This document shows, in pieces, positions 1-13,793 of a stretch of DNA of 64,000 nt. The stretch comes from Chiloscyllium plagiosum (Eukaryota): NCBI RefSeq assembly GCF_004010195.1, contig NC_057718.1, positions 24,004,605-24,068,604 of the forward strand. The letters run 5' to 3'. The position numbers and the translations under genes were made by a program. Position 1 is the stretch's first letter. Every line of letters starts with the position of its first letter. Under the pieces are notes generated by a model, which worked only from the letters and a program-made list of their open reading frames with translations, searched no databases and was not told the origin of the DNA.

Positions 1-84
1 TTGGAGACTTAAGTTTATGATAGAATTCCTCAAGTGCAGTTGCTTGAAACAACTGCTGTGGGAGCAATAACAGAATAGCAAAGC

Positions 85-255
85 AAAAATCTAAACTGCG
101 CTTGCTGGAAATCAAACAAAATCAGAAATTGCTTGAGAAACCGAGTAGGTCTGGCAGCACCTGTGGAGAGAAACAGTTAACGTTTCTGATCCAGTGACCT
201 TTTTCAGAACTGTTATGTCAGACCTGCATTTTGCCAGCAATTTCTGATTATTGTA
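85..255. mobile_element. Degenerate short PLE-derived (pLTR-type) element
   Basis: aatcagaaattgct...agcaatttctgatt inverted ends around a decayed minus-strand hammerhead-like motif (gttaacgtttc...gaccttttt cagaac). Confidence 0.5.
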
Positions 256-339
256 TTTTTAATGTAGTGTTCATATCTGACTCTCACTGCATCTCAACTG
301 AACTATATCTGTTATCTTAGATATGAGAAAAGCACTGGA

Positions 340-2160
340 TTTATGTTAAACAAAGAAAGCAAAGAATTACGAAACAAAGCCTAATCCAGAGAAAGCGATT
401 ATAATATGAGAGGAAACTAGCTAGAAACTTAGAAGTGAATAGCTTCAATTTCTACTAGTAAAGTATGGTGTTGGTTATCATAAGTGAGAATTGGGAGTCA
501 ATAGATGGTAAGGAAGTGGTAAATAAGATGAACAAATATTTTGTTTCTGTCTTCACTTCAAAGAATAGTAAAACATTCAAGTAATAGTTTGAAATTAGGA
601 GGTGAAAACGAGACAGAAACACATGATGAAACGATGATCTCCTCGGAAGCAGTGCGAAGCAAACTAATCATGGAGCTCAGTTCCAGGGTCTGGAAAGAAG
701 TAGTTAATTTCCAAAATTGACTAGATTGTGCAAATGCTCCATTAGACAGGGAAGTATTCACTATAACTTTTTTTTTCATTCAAGAAGGGATGGAGGTTGA
801 ACACAGGAATCTGTAGACCATTTGGCTTGGTATCTGTTGTGAAAATGAGTTAGAATAAATTAAGATTATAGCTGGACTCGTAGTGAACCTGAAGATAATT
901 GGGAAGGATTGGCATGGTTTTGTGAAAAGAAAATAATGTTTGATCCATGTATTGGAGTCTTTTTTTTTTTTGAAGCATGCTTTGGATGAAAGGGTGCTAA
1001 GAGAGGTATTGTACATGGATTTCCAGAATGCATTTGACGATGCCACAAAAGAATATTGCACTAAGTATGAGCTTTTGATGTAGGGGGTAGTGCAGAATGG
1101 AAAGGAGATGGCTGGAAGGCAGGCAGAAAACTGAACCTTAATTGGGGATGGAACTTCTGATTTGACGTGAGTGGGTTACGATAGAAGTTTGTGCAGGGGA
1201 CTCAGCTTTTTATCATTGGATGAGGGGCTTGAAGGAGTGGGAGTTAACTTGGCAGATGTGATGAAGATGGTTACAAAATTGTATTTGAATAGGATCTGAG
1301 GTTGTGGATCAATTCAGGAAAAGTTAAGTGGGCAAAAATATTCCAGATGGAGTATGATGCCAGAGAATATGAAGTTAACAGTTCTTTATTTCCTGGAATT
1401 CTGCAGAGGTTTGAGCATTCTGATAAAATGAGTAACAAAACTATGGTATGCCGGTACTGCAAGCAATTAAGGCTAATGGGATCTCTTCTTTTGTTCGAAA
1501 TAAACTGCAACATTTTTTTAAAACAAAAGAAGTTATGCTCCAGTTATCTCGGTAAAGCTGCAATGGTCCCAGAGGATCATAGGGCTGCTCTTTCTTTAGA
1601 GAAACAACCACTGGTGAATTTAATTGGAGGTTCATCACAGCTCAGGGGATGGGTCAGGTTAAGAAGGTGGGACCTTTGTGGTAACCTCAGGTGGATACAA
1701 CAATTGGACACGCTGTTTAGTGTCCTTCTGCATTACAAACTATCAGTCCAGAAAACTGAATCAGGCACCCCCCCCCGACACCCTCCAGCATACTTTGCCA
1801 AAAATGTCAGTTTTATGTAGGGCATTCGTGAGACCACGTTTTTGAATCTGTTTTCAGTTTTTGCTCCCTTTACGTAATTGAAGGTGGATGTAAATATGGT
1901 GCAGGTATTTTATTGGAGGTTTGCGAGATTGTGATTCCTGGAATTATTAGGTTCCCTTGTGAGGAATGGTTGGAAGTATTACCAGTGGAATCTAGAAAAG
2001 TGGGGATAGGTTGGTTGAAGTTAGAAAATCCTGAATGTTCTTGGTGAGGTAGATGTGGGGGCTGGAAAATAGTTCCTGTTTTTGGGTGAGTGCAGAATAA
2101 AAAGGGCAGCTACTTCAATATTAGATATCAACCTTTTTAGGACGTAACATTTTCTTGTGT
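340..2160 (+). mobile_element. Old, heavily decayed CR1/L2-type LINE ORF2 fragments
   Basis: Recognisable RT-region motifs (catggttttgtgaaaagaaaataatgtttga; atggatttccagaatgcatttga; gttaagtgggcaaaaat..cagatggagtat); no intact frame; boundaries approximate. Confidence 0.55.
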
Positions 2161-2673
2161 GATTGTAGAACGCTGTGCCTCAGGAGGAGATGATCACCTT
2201 GACAAAAACATTTTAAGGTGGACTCTTTCTTTTTGGCCTATTGACTCTTTGTGTCAAAATAAAATTGAATGTGACAGTTTTGTGAGAATTTTTTTTAACC
2301 AGCAAGAGACGACAGTAAAGCCAGTAACCCTGTTCTCTCTCATGTGGTACACTGATGGCTTAAGATGACTTTCTCCCTTTCCCTTTCCCTCTCCCTCTCA
2401 TTAAGATACTGTTTGTACTCTGTTCCACTCTGCAAAAGTTCTGCTCAGTGTGTTGAGACCCAACTGTGAATGGGGTAACTTACCAGGCAGTAAAGTTTTC
2501 TTTTGTTTTAATTGGTCACTCAGTAGTGAACCCAGTTTATAGAAGGCTACAACTACCGCATTGCTCAATGAAGAGAACATATGCCTGCTTATCCAGTCCT
2601 GTTTGCAGTGTTTAATTTAACATTTTTGATCATAACTAAATTAAGTCTTTTATAATTTTTAGTCTGAGTTAGA

Positions 2674-3028
2674 GCACGGTGGGCGGCACGGTGGCACAGT
2701 GGTTAGCACTGCTGCCTAACAGCGTCCGAGTACTGGGTTCAATTCCCGCCTCAGGCGAGTGACTGACTGTGTGGAGTTTGCACGTTTTCTCCGTGTCTGC
2801 GTGGGTTTCCTCCGGGTGCTCTGGTTTCCTCCCACAGTCCAAAGATGTGCAGGTCAGGTGAATTGGCCATGCTAAATTGCCTGTAGTGTTAGGTTGCTAA
2901 ATTGCCTGTAGTGTTAGGTTAGGGGTAAATGTAGGGGTATGGGCGGGTTGCGCTTCGGCGGGTCGGTGTGGACTTGTTGGGCCGAAGGACCTGTTTCCAC
3001 ACTAAGTAATCTAATCTAATCTAATCTA
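2674..3028 (+). mobile_element. HE1-type V-SINE (tRNA-derived)
   Basis: A box tggcacagtgg, B box ggttcaattccc, V domain tgtggagtttgcac...gggtttcctccgggtgctc, (TAATC)n tail. Confidence 0.9.
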
Positions 3029-3535
3029 GGCTCTTTCTTCAGCAAATCTAAAAGTTATCTCCGTCTTGAGCAGTTACATGATTACTCGAGATACAAGCAT
3101 CTTTTTCTGAACCCTTCACAGTATTACAGAATTTAAATGTATCCGAGTAAGCACAAAGAAATGATACATATTAATGGTAGTGATTCCGTTAGTCCACTTT
3201 GCAACACCAGCTTGAGACTTCTGGATTGTGTCTTGCTTTGTTTTGTTAAGTGAACTTTTTCCCCCCCCCTTTTGCCTTCTTGTTGTGACACTGTCTCCTA
3301 GATTTTATTTCTTGACTCTCTTCCTAGCCACTACCAGTGGTCAAAGTCAGTCCTATTCCTGAACTCTGCCTTACCAAACCATGACCAGCATGTGATCAGT
3401 CATGGATTGGCTGATGGTGTGTGCGCAATTTCTCATTGGTCTCTCAAGGTTCATTAGTCACCTCCAATGAGATTACTTCTTGTTATCTCTTCATTGATTT
3501 CCCCAAGATGTCAGTTGCTTTGAAAAGGCAGTAAT

Positions 3536-4285
3536 ATAGAGTCATAGAGATGTACAGCATGGAAACAGACCCTTCGGTCCAACCCATCCATACCAACCAG
3601 ATATCCCAACCCAATCTAGTCCCACCTGCCAGCACCCGGCCCATATCTCTCCAAACCCTTCCTATTCATATACCCATCCAAATGCCTCTTAAATGTTGCA
3701 ATTGTACCAGCTTCCANNNNNNNNNNNNNNNNNNNNNNNNNNNNNNNNNNNNNNNNNNNNNNNNNNNNNNNNNNNNNNNNNNNNNNNNNNNNNNNNNNNN
3801 NNNNNNNNNNNNNNNNNNNNNNNNNNNNNNNNNNNNNNNNNNNNNNNNNNNNNNNNNNNNNNNNNNNNNNNNNNNNNNNNNNNNNNNNNNNNNNNNNNNN
3901 NNNNNNNNNNNNNNNNNNNNNNNNNNNNNNNNNNNNNNNNNNNNNCCGCCTTCACTATCCTATCAACCTGCGACTCCATTTTCAAGGAGCTATGAACCTG
4001 CACTCCAAGGTCTCTTTGTTCAGCAACACTCCCTAGGACCTTACCATTAAGTGTATAAGTCCTGCTAAGATTTGCTTTCCCAAAATGCAGCACCTCGCAT
4101 TTATCTGAATTAAACTCCATCTGCCACTTCTCAGTCCATTGGTCCATCTGGTCCAGATCCTGTTGTAATCTGAGGTAACCCTCTTCGCTGTCCACTGCAC
4201 CTCCAATTTTGGTGTTATCTGCAAACTTACTAACCCTACCTCTTATGCTCGCATCCAAATCATTTCTGTAAATGACAAAAAGCAG
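3536..4285 (-). mobile_element. Young CR1-clade LINE, 5'-truncated 3' part, spans N gap 3717-3945
   Basis: Minus frame encodes VSKFADNTKIGG...LQQDLD...WQMEFNSDKCEVLHFG; same 3' tail (ctctatgactcta) as the copies ending at 31064 and 37634. Confidence 0.9.
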
Positions 4286-5029
4286 AAATTCAGGAAAGGA
4301 AGAGATCATTAGACCATAAATCAAATCCCATCACTCTGAATCTGTTTTAAAGAATTTATTATTCCCCTTTTGACTACATAATAGATGGTTGGTAGCATTG
4401 TAGCTTCACTTTGCAAGATATGCTCATAAAATACAAGTCAGAAGAACTTTTCGCAGAAATGACCCAACTATATTTACACAACTTAATTCTGACATTATAC
4501 TGTTGCATCTTTCAAAAGATAGTGACCATTTCTCTTTCAGACAATTCACGTTCGAAAGCCAATTTTCAGACATAGTTGCATCTTGAAACCTAAAGGCGTC
4601 TTCTATCACCAACAGGCTTTGGAAGGGAACAAAAAATTACATCACTTTACATAATCTAGCTTATTTTCATAGCATTTGATTTTCAGTAGGTGGTCTTTTA
4701 TCATTTTGTCCCAACATAAAATCATAAACTTATGACCGTTCTTAACTTCTGGAAATGTGGCCATTCAGCAAATTTTATTTGAGAGAAAGGCAGACAAAGG
4801 TCCTCCCTGGTGTAATATTAAGTCTTATTAATGTTCTGTTTCATTCTAGTCAATATTAATATCTTGACTGCAAGAAGATGTCACATAACTAAACTGCAAC
4901 TATTTATGGCAAACGAAAGACCATCTACGAGAATTTAACTTGGACACTTTGCTTGATAAATAAGCATTTGTTTCCTATTTGCAAATCCCGTCAATGTTTA
5001 AGTGTGTGCTTCAATTGTTTTTAACACAG

Positions 5030-5205
5030 GGAGAACCTTGTTGGAGAAGCTTTTTGGACAGCAGGAGAAAGTGCAGCTTGATGGTGAGCATGAAGCAGAG
5101 AAACTTTGCTCTCGTATTCTGGCCATGGGTTTGCTCCTTCCATTCGGGGACTGCTTCAGGGAACAATTTTGTGGAGATATGCCACCACCCGCCACCAAGT
5201 TTGAT
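5030..5205 (+). CDS. FMN2: Formin-2 internal coding exon (called exon A here; probably exon 2)
   Basis: Acceptor ttttaacacag|G at 5029/5030 and donor GAT|GTAAGT at 5205/5206; phase 1 in, phase 0 out. Translation (G)[58 protein letters not shown] matches the vertebrate FMN2 motif RTLLEKLF...[23 protein letters not shown] as I recall it. Confidence 0.92.
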
Positions 5206-5668
5206 GTAAGTTTCTTTTACGTTCTTGTTAGGTGTGTACTGAATCTGGGAATCATAGATTTCCAGGTAATATTAATTGTTTTCTCATTTGTGTGAAAAAT
5301 TTAGTTACAGTGTATGGTAGGGCACACGGTACTGGTGGGGGTTGAAGATTTTTGAAATAGATCAACTTATTTTGCTGAGTTATACGCACACCTCCATGGT
5401 CTTCACCTACTGATATTGGAATTGTACCTTTCTGAGGAAGAGGAAGCCTCATTGCACCACAAAACTCTTCAAGAGTAGATGACCAGTGCCTCTGGTGACA
5501 AAAGGCACAACAGAATGACTTCGCTGGTGATAATCACTGCACAGATTTTATCAAAGTACAAGAGCTTGGAATTATGATGTGGTTATGATTTGCAAACCCA
5601 GTGCTTGCTACAGTATGTTTATGTGTGCAATGATATCAGTTAATATAGTTACTGGCTTGATGAATTGT

Positions 5669-7394
5669 GAGAAAGTGAGGACTGCAGATGCTGGATCAGA
5701 GTCCAATGTGTGGTGCTGGAAAAGCACAGCAGATCATGCAGTATCCAAGGAGCATAAGAATTGAAGTTTCGGGCATACGCCCGTCATCAAGAATGAGGCT
5801 TGTGGGCCAGGGGAACTGAGAGATAAATGTGAGGGGTGGGATTTGAGGGAAAGTAGCTGAGAATGTGATAGGTCGGAGAGGAGGGTGGAGCAGATTGATA
5901 GGAAAGGTGATGGACAGGTCATGAGGGCGGTGTCGAGGTGGATGCTTGGGACTGGGGTAATGTGGGGGGAGGGGAAATGAGGCAACTGGTGAAATCCACA
6001 TTGATTCCATGTGGTTACAGGGTCCCAAGGCAGAACATGAATCATTCTTCCTCCAGGTGTCAGGTGGTAACACTTTGGTGGTGGAGAAGGCCCAGGACCT
6101 GCATGTCCTTGACGGAGTGGGAGAGGGAATTGAAGTGTTCAGCCACGGGACAGTGGGGTTGGTGGGTGCAGGTGTCTCAGAGATGTTCTCTGAAACCATC
6201 CACAAGAAGGCGTCCCGAGTCCCCAATGTAAAGGAGACCACATCGGGTGCAACGAATACAGTAGATGATATTAGTGGAGGTACAGATAAACTTCTGTCAG
6301 ATATGGAAGGATCCTTTGGGGTCTTGGACGTAGGTGAGGGTGAGTGCAAGTTTTGCACTTCCTGCGGTGGCAAGGCAAGGTGTTGGGAGTGTGGAGTGGG
6401 CTGGGGTGGGGGGGAAACGGGGGCGGGGGGAGCGTGGACCTGACGAGGGAGTCACGGAAGGAATGGTCTCTCTGGAACGCTGGTAAGGGTGTGGAGGGAA
6501 ATATATCTCTGGTGGTGGGATCTATCTGTAGATGGCGAAAGTGGCGGATCATACATCCGCATATGATGTATGCGGAGGTGGTGGCGTGGAAGGGGAGGAC
6601 CGGGAGGTTTCTGTCCTTGTTGCATTGGGAGGGGTGGGGTTCGAGGGCGGTGTTGCAGGATGTGGAGGAGATATGCTGGAGGGCATCAACTGCGTCGGAA
6701 GGGAAATTGCGATCTTGGAAGTAGGCCGCCATCTGGGATTTCCTAAGGTGGAATTGGTCATCCTGTGATGTCCAACAAAGAGGCAGGCATAGCTGGGTCC
6801 CATGCGTTTGCACATGGCTGCAGGAAGTGGGAGTATTCAAAGAAGTTATTAAGGGGGAGGACCAGTTCAGCCAGGCAGATGAGAGTGTCAGTGGAAGGGT
6901 ACAGGTTGGGACGGCATGAGAGGAAGAAACTGAGGGCTTGGATGGATGTGTGCAGGGACTGGATATCCATGGTGAAGATGAGGTGTTAGGGGCCAGGGAT
7001 ATGAAAATCGTGGAAGTGGTGAAGGGAGTGGGTGGTGTCCCGAATGTAGGTGGGGAGTTCCTGGACTAAGGTGGACAGTATGATGTTGAAATATGCAGAG
7101 ATGAATTCAATGGGATAGGAGCACACTGAGACAATGGGTTGACTGAGGAAGTCAGGTTTGTGAATTTTTGGTAGGATCGGGTGGTGTGGGGTTCACAGAT
7201 AATGAACCTCATGGGACTCAGCTCTACCTGCCTCTTTGTCAGGTACGTGGAACAGTGGAACAGTCCATCTTCTGCAGTTGCACTGGCAACACCCCCCTCT
7301 CATTTATCTCTCAACCCCCCTGCCCACAAGCCTCATTCCAAATGAGGGGCTTATGCCTGAAATGTCGATTCTTCTGTTCCTCGGACGCTGCCTT
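5669..7394 (-). mobile_element. Penelope-like element (RT and GIY-YIG remnants) with a pLTR at each end in inverted orientation
   Basis: Minus-strand RT motifs (MDIQSLHTSI, MGPSYACLFVG) and zinc-finger/GIY-YIG region (PCHRRKCKTC). A + strand RT fragment plus pLTR at ~7205-7394. Imperfect TSD TGAATTGTG (5661-5669) / TGAGTTGTG (7395-7403). Confidence 0.85.
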
Positions 7395-7461
7395 TGAGTT
7401 GTGTTTTGTGGAAGTGGGCTTTCACTGAAATGTTAATACTAGAACAAAAGTTTATTATGGC

Positions 7462-7630
7462 AACAAAAACAGAAGTTGCTGGAAAAGTTCATGTCTGGCA
7501 GTATTTGTGAAGGGAAATCAATTATGTTTCAGATTCAATGATCCTTCCTCAAACTTCCATTCTGAGGAATGGTTGCTGGACCTGAGCTTTTCCAGCAACT
7601 TCTGTTGTCATTTGTGATTTACAGCATCTT
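7462..7630. mobile_element. Short palindromic PLE-derived element, degenerate
   Basis: acagaagttgctggaaaag ... cttttccagcaacttctgt inverted arms around ccttcctca / ctgaggaa remnants. Confidence 0.55.
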
Positions 7631-9894
7631 TCGGTTTTTAGTTTATTATGCAAAATAAATTAAGATAAAATAGAACAAATCAAACAATTTGCATTTACAG
7701 CAGCTCAAAGATTTTAAAACATGTAAAATCTCCTCCCACTTAATCTTAACAATACTCCTTTACAGTACTAATTAACCAGAGAGAATTCTCTCCTCAATCA
7801 CGTTTTATAGAACTTAAAACTGTGAATTGAATTTCAGTTAACAATCTGAACCTGTCTGGATGCAATTGAACTTAGACTTTTTTTAGCTTCAAAATAAGTC
7901 TCCAAGTGGTCTTGTGATTGTTCTACACCGTGATCTCCGGAATCTCAAGTTACGGGTCGTTTATTAAGCCAATGTTGGGAAGAGTCTACCTCAGAAAAAA
8001 TTCTGAGATAGCACTCTGACTCACCCAGAATTCATCACATTTATACATTATCATGTAGACAATGAATCTCACAAATTCTGACAGTCTGTTTTAAACAAAC
8101 ATCTTGTTTTTCACGCACTGCAGAAGTGGCAAGGTACCTGTGTTAACCACCGTCTCGTCATTCCTGTCTTCCCAGGCGCCATCCTATTTCTTCTCCAAAG
8201 CCTGTGCTTTGTTCCCATCCTTGAGTAAACCCTATTGCTTTGTCTGTCTTGGAGTGGTATGGGATGATCCTTGTGTCCCGTTTCCAAGTAAGGCTCCGGG
8301 TTAAGGCTGGTTCAGTCATGTTGCATTTACACAGAAGCTGTTTGTATCAGCATCTGACTTGGTTAATGCAGTTTAACTAATTTTTGTTTAACTAACTAAC
8401 ACTTAGTCTGACTACTTCCTTGACTTAAAGATTAAAAATAAATCATAAATGATTTAGTTAACTGCATAAGCAACATACATATAAGTTTCTGCTCCTTCTA
8501 ATCCCAGCTGAAACTTCATGTGGGTTTACAGGTTAACTCTTGTACACAAATTTCTCCCTTATGGTGTTAATCATCCACTTCTGGTATGGAACTGTAAAAC
8601 AAATCTTTCCAATAAGGTAACTTATTTTTCAACAGTTGTAGACTATCTGTCTTCAGGAGAAACTGTCTCAGACATCTCAGTTAAAACTAAGACTTCTGCA
8701 AAATTAAAAACCAAAGGTTTCTTCAGCTATTTCTATTTTAACCTTAAAACAAAATCTGAATTATTCTAACAGAAGCCTAATGTATAATTGCTAATTGTTT
8801 GTAAAAACCCACCCAAAATCCATTATTCCATTCCAGGAAGCCCCCCTCATCCTGTTTTTAAAATTAAACCAGCAAGTCTACAGAAATATTTACAAGTTGT
8901 TCATTAAGCTCTGTCATAGACACCAGACCAAGCCCACATGCCAGTAATTTAAAAATCCAAACACGAAAATAATGTCAAAATATAGATAAATCTCACAATG
9001 TGTGTACATGCATAAAATAGAGATTGTGATGTAAAAGGGTTATCAACTCTCCAGGATTGTCCTGGTGTCACCATCAATTAAATACTAAACTCCTAAATAT
9101 TGCGAGTGATCCAAAATGGAATTTATTGGAATATTAAAAAGTGTTCATGTATTGTTCCTATTTGCTTTGAATACTACATGGCATGGGAGATGTTGTAAAG
9201 GTTGTTTGATTGGTTAGGGAATTCAGATGTGTAAGGTCTTGTGGAGAAACCTTGGTGGAGTGTATTCAACCAGAACCCAAACTCCAGATGGCAGTGATAT
9301 AGTTATTTCATTCTTCTACAATTGGTAAACTGGCTGGTGTGTTGAATAGTGGCAGATTAAAGGAAGCAAGAGTTTTTTTTTTATATGTGTGAATTGTGCT
9401 TACTGGCTTTGTCATATCCCGCCTCGACAGTCATAAGCAAGGGTGGACAATGAGAGCAGTTCTCAGTTGATTAAATTAATATCCACTTGAAGTTGGAAAT
9501 AAACTGCTCAAAAATGCAATACCTAATAAGATAATTGGATGACAATAGCAGGTTTTAGTGGAAAATTGCTTCCGAGTGAAGGTTTTGTGGAGGTATTGGT
9601 GTTCCTTAACATCTGCTATCCTTGTTTGAGGTGGTAAAGCTTGCTGGTTTGGAAGATGCTGTCAGAGGAAGTATTTGAGTTATTGTCATGTACCTTGTGA
9701 ATCATGACTGTAGCAGCAGTATGTAGATGTTCAATATGTTAAATCCTCTGGACTTGAGGTAGACATACAATTAACCAAGTGTCAATGTTTAATTGTAGCA
9801 AGATCAAAAGAGGTAAAGCATTAATTGTGCAGTCAGTGTTCTGGTATTGAAACTTAAATCATTACATCACCGTAGACACAATAAGATTTTGAAG

Positions 9895-11040
9895 TCTCCA
9901 GCACTCACCACCCACTTCACATTCAATAATAAAACCTACAAACAGGTCAACGGAACACCTATGGGATCACCAATATCAGGGCACAGAGTGGAAGCAGTAA
10001 TGCAGAGACTTGAACAAGCTGCCCTCCCATCTATCCAACCCAAACTTTGGGTCTGTGACATAGATGACACCTTTTGTCATCACAAAACGGAACAAAGTGG
10101 AGGAAACGTACATCACCATCAACAATATCCTGACAGGCATAAAATTCACAAATGAGGAGGAGAACGACAACAGACTTCTGCTCCTAAACGTGACAGTTGA
10201 ACGTACAGTTGAGAGCTTCAAACCAGCATCTACAGAAAAACAACAAACATAAACCAAATACTTCAGAATTATTTATGCCAACACACTCAAAAGGAGCTGC
10301 ATCAAGACGTTATTTCAACGAGCTACATCACACTGCAGCACCCAAGAACTACAAACAGCAGAAGAAAAATATCTATACAAAGTTTTAAAGAGAAATGGTT
10401 ACCCAATAAACAAAATCCACTGATTCCTCCAATACCAACCAAAACAAACAGACAATACAACCATAAACTATAGCTACATTACCTTACATTAAAGACATAT
10501 TCAGATCCCTTGGCATCATGGTAGCCCACAAACCTACCAACACACTTAAATAGTGACTAATGAACTGAAAGGATCCATTAGATACTACCAGCAAAACTAA
10601 CGCCATTTACAAGCTAGCAAGCAAGAACTGTTTTAAAAAAAAACATCGGACAAACCAGCAGGAATCATGCCACCAGGATACATGAACACCAACTAGCCAC
10701 CAAAAGACACACCCCACTCTCACTAGTTTCTATACATATAGACAAAGAAGGACACCATTTTGACGGGAATACCACACACATTCTAGGACGGCAAAACAAA
10801 GACATGCGCGAGAATTCTTAGAGGCATGGCATTCTAACCAGAACTCCATCAATAAACACATTGATTTAGACCCTATCTCGCTTCCCTTGAAAAAAAAATA
10901 GAACCGGAAATGACACCGCCCACCTTAAGAAACCTTAAGAGAGGTGTGACAAACCACCAGCACTTCACCAGAGACTCACTGATGATATAACCTAGTTTAT
11001 TGATGAAAACAAACCTTCAAGCTCAGCAACCTAACTTAAT
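9895..11040 (+). mobile_element. Second Penelope-like family, 5'-truncated and frameshifted
   Basis: RT motifs FTFNNKTYKQVNGTPMGSPISG and LWVCDIDDTF; GIY-YIG remnant (IYKL...IGQTSR...TRIHEH) near 10600-10690; CTGATGA...GAAA remnant at 10979-11008. Confidence 0.85.
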
Positions 11041-12214
11041 TAGTTACAGGACAACAATCTGAGTTGTGCTTACTTTCACTGCTGCTAACCTAAACAGCTA
11101 ATGACAAGCACTATGCAGAACGACCATGCCAATGTAACTTAAATTGTTTAAAACAACAAACAAGCCCTGGGAAGTCAGGTTTATGTTTCTACAAAATTAA
11201 GTTGTCAGTTTGCAAGTGAAGGTATTTAAAGAAGGAAAAAGCAGTATGTGTAATTCCACCAACCTGAAAGGCAAGTCAGAAGACTGGACCAGATATAAAG
11301 AATGAGAAGGAATGACTGAAATATTTAAGGGAGGAAAAAGCAAATTGGAGAAAGCTCTCTGATGTAATTACAGTCAGTAATGTAGGTACTTTAAAAAGGA
11401 AAAAAATGAAGTAAGCATCACTCAACAGAATGAGGATTTCAAGGAAAATCAGGAAATGGTAGATAATTTGAGTAGATTTTGTTTGTATTGGGTGTTGAGG
11501 TCACAAATAACATAACAGAAATATTGTTAGAGTCAAAGTTGAAGCTTTCAACTTGGCCTTGTTCATCAGCACTTAAATACAAGAAATCCAGTTTTAAAAG
11601 TGAACATCAATTGATACAACATAAGAGAGGATACGAAATGTTTAGACCATGGTGATACAGTTGGATTCATTCAACTGTGTCAATCTCAGCTGGCTGGTTA
11701 ACTACATAACAAGCAGGCAAATGACATGTGATATTGTAATTGGGAATACAGCAGTGATTATTGTCCCCATAACCCTTTCACAATGGAAAAAGCTGCATAC
11801 ACTGCGCCAACTCCTCTTTAGGCTGCATAAAGCAAAGTCTTCTGTGCATATATGTAGCTTGATTGCAAACCTGACTGATTGTTCTGGTACAAGTCTTAAT
11901 ACTCTCTGGATTTTTTTTAAAACCAGCTGGAATGTATATAGAATACCATTGACATATCTGAATTAACCCATCGTAGAAAGAGAACTTGATGATTTCAGTT
12001 GTATATTTGAGCACATGACAGTTTATGAAGGTGTACAGAATTTCTTTGTAGCTGTAGATTCACATTGGAAATGCATCACGCCATTGAAGTTAACGGTGAT
12101 GGTAGTGTGTCCATCAGGTGAAGCAAGAGCTGTTTCCAGAGAAAATGCCAAGGTGACATCATCAGTTGAGGCAAACTGATCTCTGCTACGAGGTTGCTAA
12201 GTTTGAGTTTTATG

Positions 12215-12785
12215 AAGAAAGCAGTCTGAATTATGGCTCACGGTGTAAGGATATAGGGAAAGCTATTTGGGATAGATGATGAGAAATTCCTTCACTAGAG
12301 ATTGGTGAGTCTGTGGAGTTTTGGGGAGGGGGCCAAGAGGGGTGGGTGTGTTGGGGTGGTTGAGGCCTACGCATGGAATGTTTTTAAGAAGTAGCAATGT
12401 TTAGTTCTTGAGGCTAAAGGGATCAAAAGGTATGGGGAGAAAGGTGTCTAGCTTACTGCTGAAATCCAACAAAGATCCTTAATCTGCACCGTCCAAATAT
12501 ATCACCCCCTCCATCCAAAAAGGACAAGAACAAGCAGATATTTGGGAGACCCATCACCATCAAATTTCCGTCTGAGTCACTTGCCATCTTGGCTTGGAAA
12601 TAGATAGTCATTCTTTCAGTGTCGTTGGGCTAAAGTGATGGAATACCCTCCTTCAGGGCACTGTGGTCTACATAAAGCACATGGACTGCACCAGTTCAAG
12701 AAGGCAGCTCACCACCACCTTCTCTAGAACAACTAGGGATGGGTAATAAATGTTGGCCCAGCTAGCAATCTTAGATCCCATGAGC
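12215..12785 (+). mobile_element. Two adjacent old LINE 3'-end fragments
   Basis: gatgagaaattccttcac...gggatcaaaaggtatggggaga, then ttcaagaaggcagctcaccaccaccttctc...actagggatgggtaataaatg; the latter matches the minus-strand LINE tail at ~45180-45260. Confidence 0.55.
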
Positions 12786-13793
12786 ATTTCTCAGTGTGCA
12801 TGTGAGATGAGGAGGCATTTTAAATTTTAATTGAAGAAAACTTTATGACAGAAAGATCAGAGATTATGCTTTGATTGAAGTGTCAGGTTTTTGAGTAAAA
12901 CTAACCAAAGCTTATGTTTTAACCATTTGAAAAGTTCTTGCCAAAGAATGAAAACTGGAACCGATGAAAAGGCCAAAGCTTGCAGTTATGTTGCTGGTGA
13001 CAATAGTGTTACTTGTTTCTAGACCATTATTAAAGTGAGATTCACAGACTTATCAAATTGAAAAGGAACTTGATGCAAGTTATGTAACAAGTACTCTAGA
13101 TTAGAGAAGAAAAAAAAATCACCGTGTGCCATGTTAATACTTGAAACATTATGTTAAGTTAGTCTGAACGGAACCGCATTTAGTGTTGAAAATTAATAGT
13201 GAACTATAATTCAGAAATGAATCAATTCAGTAATTCAGAAGTTGACCTTCCTGTATTCAGATTGGGTAATATAGAAATACTTAAGTTCTGTTGTGCTATT
13301 TTCCCAAAAAACAATGTGACATAGCCTATTACAGACTTGAGTTGATGTATGTAAATAAGCTAGGAAAGCAGTGTTGGTGTGTGATATTAATAAAGGGGTG
13401 CATTCTCTACATAACTACATCATTGCACACAACCTAGAAAGTTTATCTCCAGTAAGAGAAGAAATCAAGTTTGTGATGGTCAATTACATTGAATTGAATC
13501 ATGGTACTGTAGCTAGGATGTTGCGATTCATCAGTTCCAGTAATATCACAAAGGCTATCGATTTATCACTGTAACAAATTGGTGGGTTGTACTGGAAGGA
13601 TTAGACATGCATGATAACTTACAAAAATTGATATGTGAAAAGGATATTGGCAAGTTCCGTTGACTGATACAGGCAAAGAAATATTAGTTTTTGCAATGCC
13701 AACATGGTGGTTGAAATAAACACGGTTGAAGGGTTATGCAACTATATTGCACAGCACCATGGCGTGGTTGTGTTCAGCCAAACCTGGGAACAC

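Noticed and set aside
2674..2760. tRNA gene-like A/B boxes (also at the other SINE heads)
   Set aside because: These are SINE heads followed by a V domain and tail, not tRNA genes.
4979..5209. ORF-track 76 aa peptide, and the intronic extensions of the 5002-5295 ORF
   Set aside because: The first is the wrong frame of exon A; the second is real only between the splice sites 5030-5205.
7640..9000. AT-rich stretch resembling a solo LTR (similar impressions at ~29170-29880 and ~63330-64000)
   Set aside because: No TG...CA ends with TSD, PBS or second copy could be established by eye.
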